A stretch of DNA of 64,000 bases from Utricularia gibba (taxonomy: Eukaryota > Plantae > Magnoliophyta), in assembly GCA_002189035.1 (NCBI GenBank), contig NEEC01000012.1:1364001-1428000 (forward strand), read 5' to 3'. A model generated the notes under the pieces. It did no database searches and had not been told where the DNA came from. It saw only the letters and a list, made by a program, of their open reading frames with translations. Position numbers and translations under genes: made by a program. This document shows positions 1 through 12,379 of the stretch, one piece after another. The number at the start of each line of letters is the position of its first letter. The stretch's first letter is position 1.

Positions 1-794
1 GAACTAAACCGGTCAAACCAAGCTCTGGATGCTTGCTTGAGTCCATATAGTGCCCTGTTTAGTTTGCAAACATGATTAGGAAAGTGAATATCTCGCATAC
101 CTGGGGGTTGTTCCATGTATATATTTTCACTAATGTTTCCATGAAGAAATGCATTTTTGACATCTAGCTGATGAATCTCCCAACCATGAGTGAGTGCTAT
201 AGATATAATAAGTCGAATGGTACCTGGTTGAATAACCGGTAAAAAATTTTCTGTGTAATCTATACCATTCACTTGATCATATCCTTTTGCCATTAATCGT
301 GCCTTCATTCGATTGAGAGATCCGTTGGGGTTAAGCTTTGTTTTGTATACCCACTTGCATCCAATTATATCTTGTGCAGTGTTGCGAGGTACAAGAGACC
401 ATGTTTTGTTGCGATGTAGGGCGTCCAACTCTCCAAGCATAGCTGCTTTCCATCCTGGGTGATTGAGCGCCTCTTTGATCCCTTTTGGCTCCAAGGGGAT
501 TGTACCGTAGTGCTTCATGTAAAGTGTATACTTGGGGTTTGGTTTGATTATTCCTCGTTGTAATCGAGTGGTCATGGCATGTGAACGTTGTGGAGAAGAC
601 ATGTTAGTTACAACATTCTGGTACCTCAAGGTTGTGGGACGGTTCTTGACGACCCGCTATTGTTCCTTGTGTGGCATGTTGTGGTGAGGGCAGCGGTTCT
701 AGAACAAGTGATGAAGGAGTTTGAATGGGGTGAATGTGCTGTGAGAAAGGGTACTAGTCTCTGTGATTTCAGTTTCCATGCTCACGGATGCATC

Positions 795-983
795 ACCGTC
801 ATCACCATCGGTTGTGGCTTGAGCTGTGTTGAGTTCAGATCCATCGAAGGTTACTTCACCAAATGAAGTAGCAGTCATCATTGTCATCCCATCATTACCA
901 TCAGTTGTGTCTTGAGTGGCATTGAGTTCAGATCCATCGAAAGTGCCTTCACCAAATGAAGTGGCAGTCATCATTGTCGTCCC
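795..983 (-). repeat. In-frame 93-bp tandem duplication in the integrase-RT linker
   Basis: GAGTTCAGATCCATCGAA occurs at 831 and 924; the 31-aa unit TMMTATSFGE.TFDGSELN..Q.TTDG.DG appears twice. Confidence 0.9.
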
Positions 984-3562
984 TGAAACATTGGGAAGTT
1001 CTATATTAGCTTCACGTAAAGGGGTGTTCACGGTGAAATGATGTTCAATAAAAGCTGGAGTTTCAGCATTTATTGGTGCAGCCAAGTGTCCTTCGCTAGG
1101 TAGCGAGTGGTCTCCACCAAGTGGGTGGTGACAAGCAGACGAAGGCATTAAGGTGTCCTGCTTCTCCTGTGTGTCTTGGGTCCAAATTTCGAAGAGGTTG
1201 GATACAAGATCAGGATGCGGCAGTGATTTGTCACGTGAGCGATAAGGGAAGGATGTTTCATCGAATATGACATGATGGGAAATGTGAAGTTTTCGTGTTG
1301 ATGGAACATAGCACTGATAACTTTTATGATTGTTGCTGTAACCTACAAACACACACAAAGAAGTTTTTGGTGAGAATTTATTTTTTTTAGAATCCCATAA
1401 ATATGGAAAACATTTAGAGCCAAAGACACGTAGTATAGAATAGTTAAGATTAAGACCATAAAGTATTGAAAAAGTGGACTCCCTTTTTTGTGAAAGAGAT
1501 GGTAGGCGATTTTGGAGGTATACGGTTGTGCTAAAGGCTTCCACCCATAGTGCAAGTGGGAGTCCATTGTGGAAAAGCAACGTAAGCCCATGTTCTCAGA
1601 TAGTTCGATGTATTCTTTCAACCATTCCCATTTGTTCATGCGTATATGGGCAAGAAAAATAGTGCACCATACCTGTATTCAAAAAATGAGACTTTAAAGA
1701 ATTGTTAACAAACTCACCACCATTGTCGGTTTGAAGTATCTTGACTTTTTTTCCAAATTGTCGACCTACATACGCTTCAAATTGAAGAAAGATAACTGAA
1801 AAATCACCCTTTTGACGAAGTGGAAAGAACCACATAAAACAGGAAAAATCATCCAAAAAACATGCATAATAACGGAAACCACTATGTGAGGGTACGAGGG
1901 ATGGTCCCTAGAGATCACAATAATTTTCTTCAAAGATGGTGGATGAGATATAGTCAGAATTTAAAAATGGTAATTTTGACATTTTTCCATATTGGCAGCT
2001 GTCACAAAAGGCATGATGGCTTGGATTGGTGACTGTGATCAAGCCTTTATTTCTCAGATGCGGTATCATCGAGGCTTGTGGATGATCAAGACGCTGATGC
2101 CAAACTTCAACTGGGCATGACTTGAAACAAATTGAGAAAAGGGCTCGTGGAGGAGGGTGTTTTACGACGTATAACCCTCCTCGATGTTGTCCGATGATTC
2201 TATGCTTTCTTGTTTTCCGATCCTTCACAAAGAAACCAGCATCAGTAAATTCACAATTAATAGGTTGTTGACTAGTGAGTTTCGAAATGGAAAGCAAATT
2301 TTTTGTTAGTTGTGGAACATATAAAACATTAGATAAGGAGAGTGAAGAATTATCCTGTCTAATTGTGGCTGTACCAACACCATTTATTCCGTGCTCGTCC
2401 ATCACCAACAAGGACACCATCATCACCTTGATATGATCTTAAATTATTGAACATATATGGTGTACCTGCCATATGGTGAGCTGCACCCGTATCTGCTGTC
2501 CACTCAGTTTCATTGAGAGTATTGTCAAGTGTGAGATTGGCTAGTGCTTGTGGGATGTTGTTCGGTTCTGGATCTGCTTGTGGCCCTGGAAGTCGCCAAC
2601 AGATTTTGGCAATATGACCCTGAACATCACAAATTTGGCATACCTCATTCTTGTAACGTTCTCGCTCTTCAGAGGTCATTAGTCTCTTTCCCAATGGTGG
2701 TGCACGGCTTTGTCGCTGTGGTTGTGAAGTTTGGGATGCTCCACGTGGCGTCATACTGTTGGATCGTCTTTGTGCTTGAAAGCCACGAACATCTGAAGAA
2801 AAACAGGCAGGGGGACCAGAGTTTTGAGACAAGTAAACCATTGGACTGGTAGGATTGAATTGTTTCTCCATTTCTTCATTGAGCTGTCTGCGCAATTCGA
2901 AGCTATGAAGTTGTGGTATGAGGTCTCGAAAGGAGGGACGTGGTTCCTTGAGCATGGTGGTGGAGAATGCGTCATAGTTGGGTCCGAGACCAGTGAGGAG
3001 GCAATAGACCTTTTCATCGTCTGGTATGGGAGCGCCAATTGCTGCAAGATTGTCACACAAGGATTTAAACTTCAATAAATACTCATTAAGAGGCTGGTCA
3101 AATTTTTTCCTGCTTTGCGTGAGTTGATATAGAAGGGTGTAGCGACGCTCTTCTGTATTTTGAGCATAAGCATCCTGAAGGGCTGTCCAAACAGCGGCTG
3201 AGGTTTCGCAACCCATGATTAAGGGCCATGAATCTTCAGAAATTGTTCCCATAAGCCAGCTTCGCAGAAGTCGATATTCAGTCCACCACTTGGTGTATTG
3301 CTCCGTCTGTTGCGGTGCTACTGTGGGTTCTTGCCCAACGGGAATTGGAGTGAATTGAAGGGGTGCAGTCTCCAGTGAGGTGGCCATCGAGTCCCTGATT
3401 TTCTGCAAGCCCCAAAGCCATCTCCTTCCATAGAGGGTAGTTTGTGCTGTTCAGTTTTACCATAATTAAGTTGGCGACGTTGATATTGGTGAAGGATGCC
3501 ATTGAGAAGCAGTGTGCGGAAGTGTGCAAGGAAGAAGAACCCAATTGCATGAACAAAAGGCT

Positions 3563-3574
3563 GCTCCGATACCA
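3563..3574 (-). promoter_or_regulatory. Primer-binding site (tRNA-iMet type) of the copia element
   Basis: TGGTATCGGAGC on the minus strand, one mismatch from TGGTATCAGAGC, about 60 nt upstream of the gag ATG. Confidence 0.85.
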
Positions 3575-4534
3575 AAAGGAAGCAGGTTGTGGAAGAGGTG
3601 GGGAATCTGAACAGCAAGATGAACGAAGGTGACTTGGATCACTAGTGTTTGTGATAATGAAAAGTGTACAAAAGTTGCAAATAAATAGGTATACAAAGAT
3701 GCTTAATAACTTGATTGATTATTTTTCCATAGCTCAGCTGATCCCTTTTTCCATATTCTTGCGTGCCCCATATAGCATAGCACATATTGATGTCTAGCAC
3801 AGTCTACGGGTTGAGTAGCTTGGATTACCTTCCATCTCTTTGTGTCTCAGAATCAGTTTCCGTGTTTCTATCACCTTCCTTATTTCTCCACTGATTCTGT
3901 TCTTCATTAAGTTTGAGTGAAGCTGTTGAAGAAGAGAACCATGGGAGACATAAGGAAGGTGAAATAAGGTGTAGAGGAATAAGGTGATGAAGTTCTCTTC
4001 TAAAACATGCAGAATCGGAAGATAATATGAGTTGCTTTACTTGTGCCAAGTAGAATCAAATATATATGCCATGCATTTCTCAATAGTTTGGTCAACACAT
4101 TCATGGATTTCGCTAGTCAAGATTTATCATAACAACACAACCATCATTTAGCATTCATAACCGTTTGCTCTATTTATATACACATCATCTTGTAATCATT
4201 TTCAATATGGTGAAAATTTGATTCTTCATTATATGTTACTGTTGAAATGCATTGCATCTTCTTTTCTATCAAATAGTACTAATATAAATTATGGAAAAGT
4301 ATCCGATTCACAAGGAGAGGTAAACACAAGGAATATTTTTTTATTATAAAAATTAGCAAATTTTATATTACTAAAAGTACATTCATTATTTTCATTATTT
4401 TCATTTTTTTTTCTTACATTATCATTTTTTGATTACTTACATATATCTTTTCGAAAAAAGATTATAATTTATTATTATTATTATTCATTCTTACTCAGAC
4501 TAAAATTTTTGTTCATTTTTTTTTCTTACAATAC

Positions 4535-5175
4535 CCACTGCCTGCCTAGTGGGTGCATGGATAAGAGCCAATAGATATCGGTGTGGGTCCTTTCATAGCA
4601 TCAGCTAACCAAACCATACGTGTAGAGGAAATGGTACAGATTTAGCAACTGCTCCAGCAACTACAAAAGCAGAACACAAGATAGCAAATTTAAAATTTAC
4701 TTGATCATGGAAACCAAGTTAATCATTATTTCAAATAAATCGGTTAGTTCAAAACTACCTAAATTTTATTTTAATTGCCAATAAAATAGATTATGTTGCT
4801 ATTTACAATGATTTATAATGTTGGAAAATTTAAATACTTATTTTTTATATAAAATTATCAATATAGTTAATTTTATTAAAAATACTTTAATTTTTTATTC
4901 AATTTATAACAAGAATAATACTAACTTGGGTTAGCCACAAGCGTGTACGGGTATGAATAGATACATACATATTGATACATTGAGCTACTATTTATTTGTT
5001 GAATAGGCAAATCAATTGACAAAAAATGGCTATAGTTAGCAATAAAATACTTGTAAAGGCACACATACGACGACTATATTTTGTTGCTGCGGGGAAAAGG
5101 AGTCCCATTCCTATTAAGATAGGAACTGGAAGTTGATCTGAAGTTATGATCCACGTATATTGATTGATATACCGT
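4535..5175 (-). pseudogene. ndhF: Plastid-derived ndhF fragments
   Basis: The N-terminus [31 protein letters not shown] and the stretch [12 protein letters not shown] lie at 4965-5175. The AGAVAKS.PFPLHVW..DAMKGPTPIS..ALIHA region lies at 4535-4685. The intervening coding sequence is missing. Confidence 0.9.
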
Positions 5176-5602
5176 TTCCACAAAAACAAAAAAATAATTG
5201 TTTTATTAATTAGTTAGGATTTACTAAATATTATCTAATTGAAAAAATGACTAAAATTAACAAATGAAAAATGAATATGAATATATGTACTAACCTAACT
5301 ACAACTTTTTAATTTTAAGTTAGACTTATCAGGTTGCTTTCCATAAATAAATCAGATATTGAAATCAAGAATTTACAATCAATCAAACCCGCGTAAAAAA
5401 TCGAGTAATTACTAGATCTACTTTGACAATTCAAGTAAAATTAAGTATATTTTATAGGTTTTCGATGTTACTTAAAAAAAAATTTTAGTAAAATTTTATG
5501 TGATTTTATCATATCTTTCAACTTTTAATAGTTAAAAAAATATTATCGAGAATATAAACATCTAATGAATTAGACAATCACCTATTTTTGTTTTATTCAT
5601 TG

Positions 5603-5627
5603 AATATATATATATATATATATATAT
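5603..5627. repeat. (AT)n microsatellite
   Basis: About 12 AT units visible. Confidence 0.9.
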
Positions 5628-5916
5628 TTTCAGCGGGTGACTTTGGTAAATCAAATATATAAAGAGACTTGACTAAACAAAACGGGTTAGGGATATCCTT
5701 TATTTTTCGTTTAGTTTAGTGCAGGGTAATTTTATTTTATAAGGATTCAACAATACTCAATAAAACCACAAATTGAAAAAAAGAGAATGTTCAAATCAAA
5801 TTGGTTTTTGCACAAATTTTTATTTAGCAATTTGAACCTTTCCATAAATTTAATCTAATTAAATTCTTAAATCTGGACGATTATATAGTGATATGATATT
5901 ATTAGTTGAAGCTAAG

Positions 5917-5960
5917 CCACTATGGTAAATAGGTCCTATAATGAGTTCAATTACCGGATG
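5917..5960 (+). pseudogene. trnL: Possible trnL-UAG remnant
   Basis: GCCACTATGGTAAAT resembles the 5' end of trnL-UAG and lies just upstream of ccsA as in plastomes; no full cloverleaf remains. Confidence 0.45.
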
Positions 5961-5983
5961 CGATTTTATAATTAAAGATTCTT

Positions 5984-6950
5984 ATGATATTTTCAACCTT
6001 AGAGCATATATTAACTCATATTTATTTTTCAATTGTTGTAATTATAATTACAATTCGAATGATAACCTTTTTAATTGGTGAAATCGAAACCTCCATTACT
6101 CTTCCGAAAAAGGTATGCTAATTACGATTCTGTTCATATAGTTCCATATTTCAAAAAAAAAAAAGAAGAATATTTTAAGCACTATAATTAGTCAAGTGCT
6201 ATTTTTACATAAGGCTTTGCTACTTGGGGTCTTTTAACTGCTATACACCAATCAACAATATTGTCTCCTGCTCTTCAATCCGAGTGGCTAATAATGCACA
6301 TAAATATGATGATACTAGGATATGCGCCAGTTTTATGTGGATCATTATTATCAGTATCACTTAGCCATTATAATTAGAAAAAAAAAAAAGAAGCGTTTTT
6401 TCTATGAGTAAATATTTTTCAAATTTTAATGGCTCATTAAAATTTGGTGAAACCCTAGGAATTGGATTATTGAAGTTATTAGTCTAGGTTTTATCTTTTT
6501 AACCTGAGAGCTTTGTTAGTTGTTGTATTTAGATGTTATGGGTTTAAATTATTTGGGTTTAGATAAATCCAAATATATAGATATAAAAATATTCATACCT
6601 CTCCTTGGTTATACATATACTCATATAATTGGTATATTATATCTACATATCAAACAACATAATTTTATTAAACTCATCATAAACCCACTTTATACTTTGA
6701 TATCAAACAAAGTCTAGGGATTCTTTATGGATGTATATGGGCTAATGAAACATGTGATTTCTATTGGAGTTGGGATCCAAAAGAAAACTGGGCTTTTATT
6801 ACTTGGATTGCATTTGCGATTTATTTTCATATTCGAACAAAATGGAAAGGTATAAAAGTCATCAATTATGGCGTCCATGGGATTTATTATAATTTGGATT
6901 TATTTCTATTTTGGGGTATTACACAGTTATGATTCATTTTCAGTAATATC
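5984..6950 (+). pseudogene. ccsA: Plastid-derived ccsA pseudogene interrupted by a MITE
   Basis: Starts ATGATATTTTCAACCTTAGAGCATATATTAACTCAT ([12 protein letters not shown]); [17 protein letters not shown] near 6270; ISLGFIFLT | [20 protein letters not shown] after the insert; frameshifts present. Confidence 0.92.
6505..6714. mobile_element. Tourist-like MITE (~210 bp) inserted in the ccsA NUPT
   Basis: AT-rich insert that splits ccsA between FLT and G-IL; imperfect inverted ends GAGCTTTGTT / AACAAAGTC; shares TTGGGTTTAGATAA with the Harbinger element at 31.2 kb. No clean TSD. Confidence 0.6.
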
Positions 6951-7074
6951 TATTAGCGTTTGTATTTTATTCATGGGGGTTGAGATAATAAAAGCGAAGA
7001 AATAAGTCCTTATTTTATTTTATTTATTATTGTATGACGATAAGTTTTATATAAAAAAGCTGTTTATAAAAAAA

Positions 7075-7275
7075 AAATTAAATACAATAAGTTCCGCTTT
7101 TTCAACTAACACTTATAAAACAAAATTAGGATACACACCGATACTTAGTATGGGTAAGAAAAGACAGATTAAAAGAAATAACTCTTGTAACCTTGAATCC
7201 AAAAAAGAAGAATTTGAAGTATGAAATATCTTGTATCCAAAGAACATTTGAGGTAACATAGGTAATAGCTTGGTT
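7075..7275 (-). pseudogene. ndhD: Plastid-derived ndhD 3' fragment
   Basis: Translates to [42 protein letters not shown], matching the NdhD C-terminus; it is joined almost directly to the psaC-ndhD spacer. Confidence 0.82.
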
Positions 7276-7357
7276 CAAAAAACTATGTAGTTTGAGCACA
7301 GAGTTTGGTCGGTAAAAAAAAAAATGAAATGGATTCAAGTAAAATTTGTGAAATGTA

Positions 7358-7542
7358 TTAATAAGCTATATCCATACTGCGAGTTGTTTCATGCCATAAA
7401 TACACCCGAACACTCAAAAATCTGCTGGACAGGCGGATTCACATTTCTCACAACGAACATAATCCTCGGTCCTTGGGGCCGAAGCTATTTGGTTAGCTTT
7501 ACATCTATCCAGGGTATCATAAATCCTTACTGAACGTGACAT
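7358..7542 (-). pseudogene. psaC: Plastid-derived psaC pseudogene with internal deletion
   Basis: MSRSVRIYD followed directly by (M)[49 protein letters not shown]; 185 bp versus 246 bp for native psaC. Confidence 0.95.
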
Positions 7543-7771
7543 TGAATTATACATTGTTGAATGTCATAAAATTTCGGATAAGCAAAAAAACTTTGAAAGG
7601 AATACCCTATTTTGATACAGAAGAATCAATAAGTCATCAGGATCCATCTACTTAAATACTTTTAGAAATGAGGTCCAAAATACTGAGTTGTTATCTTTTT
7701 GCAAGTAAGATCATATCTTACCCTTATTAACCCACTATATTTTTGAGTAAATAAATTCTATATATGAAATA

Positions 7772-8072
7772 TATTTACTCAACAAATTGGATTGGTTAAT
7801 TTGAGTGGATTTTCTGTTACGATAAATTTATGAAACAATAAATAGCCCAACAACTGCTTCAATGCTGCAATAGCTATAAGAAAGATAGAGAAAATATCGC
7901 TTATTAAATTATAATTATCTAAAATATTACAAAATTAATATCAACTGAATTTAATATGAGTTCAGGACACAAGGGCTTTAGCCATATTTCAACCTGTGAC
8001 TAATCCATAGGTACCAATAGCTAATAAATAGGTACTTAAAACAAATATATCTTCACAGATTATTAATCAACT
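7772..8072 (-). pseudogene. ndhE: Plastid-derived ndhE pseudogene
   Basis: Near full length: VLSTYLLAIGTYGLVT..NMAKAL.. and FLIAIAA..EAVVGLFIVS.IYRNRKSTQINQSNLLSK, with stops and indels. Confidence 0.88.
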
Positions 8073-8190
8073 CGTTACCCATTTTGCTTCATTTTAATCT
8101 CAAGACAAGTGACTTTTTCTTCACTCATTTTTAAGCATTGCAAAGTGGAAGAAAGGTTAGTATGGTTGCTTTTCTGGCCAAAGCATTAGA

Positions 8191-9320
8191 TGTAACGCTT
8201 ATCTAACTTTTGAGCTCTTAGGTTAGGATAGCTAAGGAGAATAAATGTGATTTAATAGTGGTTTGGAGTCTGCAGAATCAAGTTAGATAGGATGATTGTT
8301 TTTGAAGCTTAATTACTTTTGAAACTAGTTTTTCTACAATTTATATGACTATGTGATATCGGTGCTTGATTTCGATTTCATCAGTTGTGATTTTGAATGT
8401 GTGCTCATGAAACTTGTAGATTTATGTGTGTACTTTGTGGAGATTCTCACTTTGCACTAAAATTCTAAGAATGGAGTTAGGTATGATGTTTCTGCTAAAT
8501 CTGCTATGGCCTATTTTATTTTATGAAACTATTTTCAAGTCCCAAAGAAATGTACATACTTTTCTTATTTGAGCTGATTTTCTATGGCTCTTTTTACTAA
8601 AGATAGTCATCCCTATTACCTTTAAGATAGTATGTGTTTTGCAGGTTTTTTGGACAAAGACCGAAAGCTGGAATCGTTTGTTTTTATCACTTTTCCAAGC
8701 TACATATATATGTATCATACAGTAAATAAGTTAGAAAAGAATGAAGGAGATAACTTCAGCAACATAATCGTACCATGGGTACTACGATACCATGTATAAA
8801 TAGAAGGTCAAAAAGTATGAAGGTAAAGAAAGAAAGATGTAATATGTTATGTATGATTTGAATTTGTGGTTCTATGGTAGGAGGTGACTCTTTTGACCAT
8901 AGAACCATGCGCAAGGGTATCTTATGTTTCACTTATCATGGTAATATAGCAATACCAAGACTAGATAACCATAAGAAGTGAGAAAAAATAGATACATAGA
9001 TTTGCAATACATTACAAGTTTCTTTATGATTTTGACTTATTTTAAAACAAAGTATGACAACCCTTTTATTCATTTCAAGAGATGAAGGGAGCTAGTAGAA
9101 GTCTAATGATCAACAATGTTTTTCCAAGTCTTATGGATATATGCAGAGTAGCGAATAGAGACCTACATCGGAGGTGTGATTGCATTACCTGTTTATTTAC
9201 ATATTTACTCATTTTGGTGTCAGTAGATCATATTAGGAAATGCACCTTGAGTTCTAGTTTTTAGCTAATACTAGATGGTCACAAGACATTTTTCCTGAGT
9301 CCTAAAAGTGGGTCTTGACA
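8191..9320 (+). mobile_element. Probable Ty3/gypsy solo LTR or LTR remnant (Tekay/Del-like)
   Basis: Begins TGTAACGC and ends GTGGGTCTTGACA; contains TGTGTTTTGCAGGT and a TATAAATA box; no matching TSD seen. Confidence 0.45.
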
Positions 9321-10477
9321 AATTTATTTTTTAGATTAAACAAGAGATTAAATGAAAAAATTGCACTATTTATTTTACACACACTAAAAATACATTTATA
9401 CCCTCATATTAAAGAGAAATTTAATTTATCAATCACCAACCATTTTCTAAAACTCTAGCCACCTTCTTCTCTATCGATTGTTGGGTTTCATTCTAGTTCA
9501 TCGTCAAGAGCTTTCAGTTGACTGTTTCATCTACAAATGAGTTTTTATTTTTATAAATCTTGCTTTTTCATTTCAGTAATTTCTTGTAAAATACCTAGAA
9601 TTGTGATGGTAATTTTACAAATACACAAAAAATATCGAAATAATAAAATAAGATTGTATGCACAAGAAATTATTATTAGAATTTTCTTTTAAAACAATAA
9701 ATCAAAAAGACTATAAATAAAACAAAAGACTTGTTTTGAAAACAATATAAAAGTGGCTTTGTATATAGGATACATCTTGCTCAAAACTCGCCCACTTTTG
9801 TATGTATAAACTGATTTACTTGTGTAGGTTTTGGGGGTATTATTATTAAATAATACTTTTCGTTAATTGTTCTAGAACTGTACCTCATTTAGTAGGATTA
9901 TAGAATCAACCACATCATTAGTGTCATTTCATTTTTGATGATAACCCATGTTTTCCCCATACTCAAATCGAACCCTTACAACTTATATGTCGTAGGCAGA
10001 TTAGATAGAATGTGTATTACTAATGATTTTTGATTTAGCCTTCTCCTTAGTTACTTGAGATCAACCTGAGAATCTCCCAAACTCCTTTAGGATTATATGG
10101 TACTAAAGAGCATTTTGGTAAATGAAATGTTGTAAAAAACAGAATCAAACTTCAAATTAGAACGTTGAAGAATATAATAAAATAGTTACACGCACATAAC
10201 TTGCACAAGCAAGTATTTACTGCAGATCATTAGATACAAGTGCTCACACGCACATGACTTGCGCAAGCAAGGGTTTACTGCAAATTATTAGCTACAAGTA
10301 CTCACAAAAAATGATGAAAGCAATATGAAATGAATCAAAAGGTGCAAGACAAGACATGACTCGAGACTCCTAAACTGACTCAAATACTCTTGTCTATGAT
10401 CTCCTAATAGTTTCGTGCTAAGATTTTTATATAATTGTGGAGATTTGTTGGGATTTTTTTATGGGCTCATACCAGAT

Positions 10478-12121
10478 TGATAAACAAGAATTTCTTAAGA
10501 TCATTGCAAGAAATGAAATCTTCGTATCAAATAAATTTATAAGTCCTAATCCTTATAAGATACAAATTAAACCCATAATGTAAAGTGGAATTTAGGTTAA
10601 TCACAAGGAGCTGGTGCTTGCAAAGTGTTTTAGCAGATGTAGAATTCAGAATAAATGTTGTTTTTAGTTTAAGCTCAAACTAGCAGTGGTAGGTAAGCTC
10701 AATGCATAAAATCAAATCTCAATGGGAAAGGTAACATATATTAGTATGAGTACAAAGTACTACTAATATGTCTAAAGAGTATGCAGGTGATGTTGTGCTT
10801 AGATGCCTAATTTAATTTGCCATGTTCTTATACTCACAACTCCAAATAACCTAAGTCTATTTAGGTCTTTCATCATGTTTTCAGCTAAGATAGTCCTCGA
10901 TATCATCACCAACTTTGCAATTAGATCTACCCGCATGCAAAGTATATAGAAATATGTCTACCCAGTTCTATCTTAGGCTAATACCTATTGTCCCCGCTTT
11001 GATTTGTGAGTGTACATCTAAATCAAGTAGCTACTTGTCCTCCCCCTTAGATCTATCCAAGAAATGATAGAAACAAATGCTAATAAATAATGACTAATTA
11101 TATTATGAACCCTAGCCCCCACATCACCATTTTATGCCTTAAGACATCCTCTAAGTTTAGCTACTCATGAGTGGAAGGTAAAACATGATATTATTCACAT
11201 AAGATGGTGAAAATAATAGAAACATTGTAAGAAAGTCACTCACAGAAACTTAAAACATTTAAGAAATGAAAAAAAAGTAAAAATAGTTCTAATTCCCGAA
11301 TGCTACTGTTCACTACTCGGAACAGTAGCGTTAAACTAGGTCTTGAAGCTATTCTTTAGGTTGGAGTGCCTCCTTCCCAAGAATCTCCTTCTTCCTCTTG
11401 GTTCGGTGTTCTTCCGCCTCCTTCTCTCCAAAAATATCTTCATTTCTTTTCTTTTCATTTTCCAAGGTCAGTACGCTATTCCAGGCATCTGTATTATTTT
11501 TGGCTTGAACCTACAGATTGCAAGCGGCGATAGTGCACTCATTGGCCTTTCTTTTATGTTGTCCATTCTTCTAAATCTCTGCTTGTATGAAATTCTTGTC
11601 TCCCCCTAATTTCAAAACTTTGTTGCTGAATTAGAAAAGAAGGTTAATAAAACAGAATGAGCTATATCAAAAAATTTAGCTCATTAACATACAAAATCAC
11701 ATGATGTACTAAAAATCATAAAAATAAGTACTTAAAACATGATTCAAAAACATAATTTTCTTATGCAAAAAATAGAAAAAATTGTGTAAAGATCAGCTTG
11801 AATTTCTATTCAAATCATCTAGAATAAAATGTAAATTTTCTAAGATATGGTTCAAATCTTATCTTATTGATAACCTTTGACTAAGTCTTCATTCGGATAA
11901 ATCAAATATTTGCCCACGTAAAGATCAGCTTGAATTTCTTCCAAATTAGGTCAAAATTATAATGAAAAATCATATTACACACTTTTTCTTCAATAAGATT
12001 AAAGTGACATGAAAGATATAAAATTCATCTAAAAACATAGAAAAGCGAAATAAAAAAAATGCAAAACCAAGCTAATATAATCATAACAATATAAATATAC
12101 ATGATACAAAATCACTTATCA
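10478..12121 (-). mobile_element. Probable Athila-like gypsy LTR remnant
   Basis: The minus strand starts TGATAAGTGATTTTGTATC at 12121; LTR-like composition; GATCAGCTTGAATTTCT is repeated internally. The left boundary is uncertain. Confidence 0.45.
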
Positions 12122-12379
12122 AAGTCATAGCAACTTATTTGAGTTCTTTTGATAATTATTTTGTGAGTTCAACCGATTTGTGGTATTTGGTATTTTCGGG
12201 TTTGGGGATGATGAGTACATTGTTGGGTGCAATCGCACATGTATGACTACTAATTTCAGTTATGAGATTTGGAAATGTTGGGTGCAATCGAATTTTGATA
12301 TTTAGTGTTATCAGATTTGTGTCTTCAAATTCAGAGCTTCTTTGTAATTATAGTTTTAATTTGTGTAGGAGGTATTGAT

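Larger units (their letters stand above)
1..3700 (-). mobile_element. Ty1/copia LTR retrotransposon, 5' part (gag-protease-integrase-RT), disrupted; continues off the left edge
   Basis: Gag N-terminus VKLNSTNYPLWKEMALGLAENQGLDGHLTG from ATG 3502; zinc knuckle CQICDVQGHIAKIC; protease WTADTGAAHHM; pre-integrase WHQRL..CDSCQYGK; integrase LDDFS..LQTDNGGEFV..GMVERIHR; RT CKWVYKTK..KARL and QLDVKNAFLHG..LYGLKQA near 20-370. There are at least two frameshifts and in-frame stops (about 1908 and 1596). The LTR boundary is not resolved. Confidence 0.95.
4535..8085. other. NUPT 1: degraded plastid SSC segment ndhF-trnL(UAG)-ccsA-ndhD-psaC-ndhE
   Basis: Fragments of five plastid genes, plus a possible trnL remnant, in native order and relative orientation. 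Confidence 0.93.
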
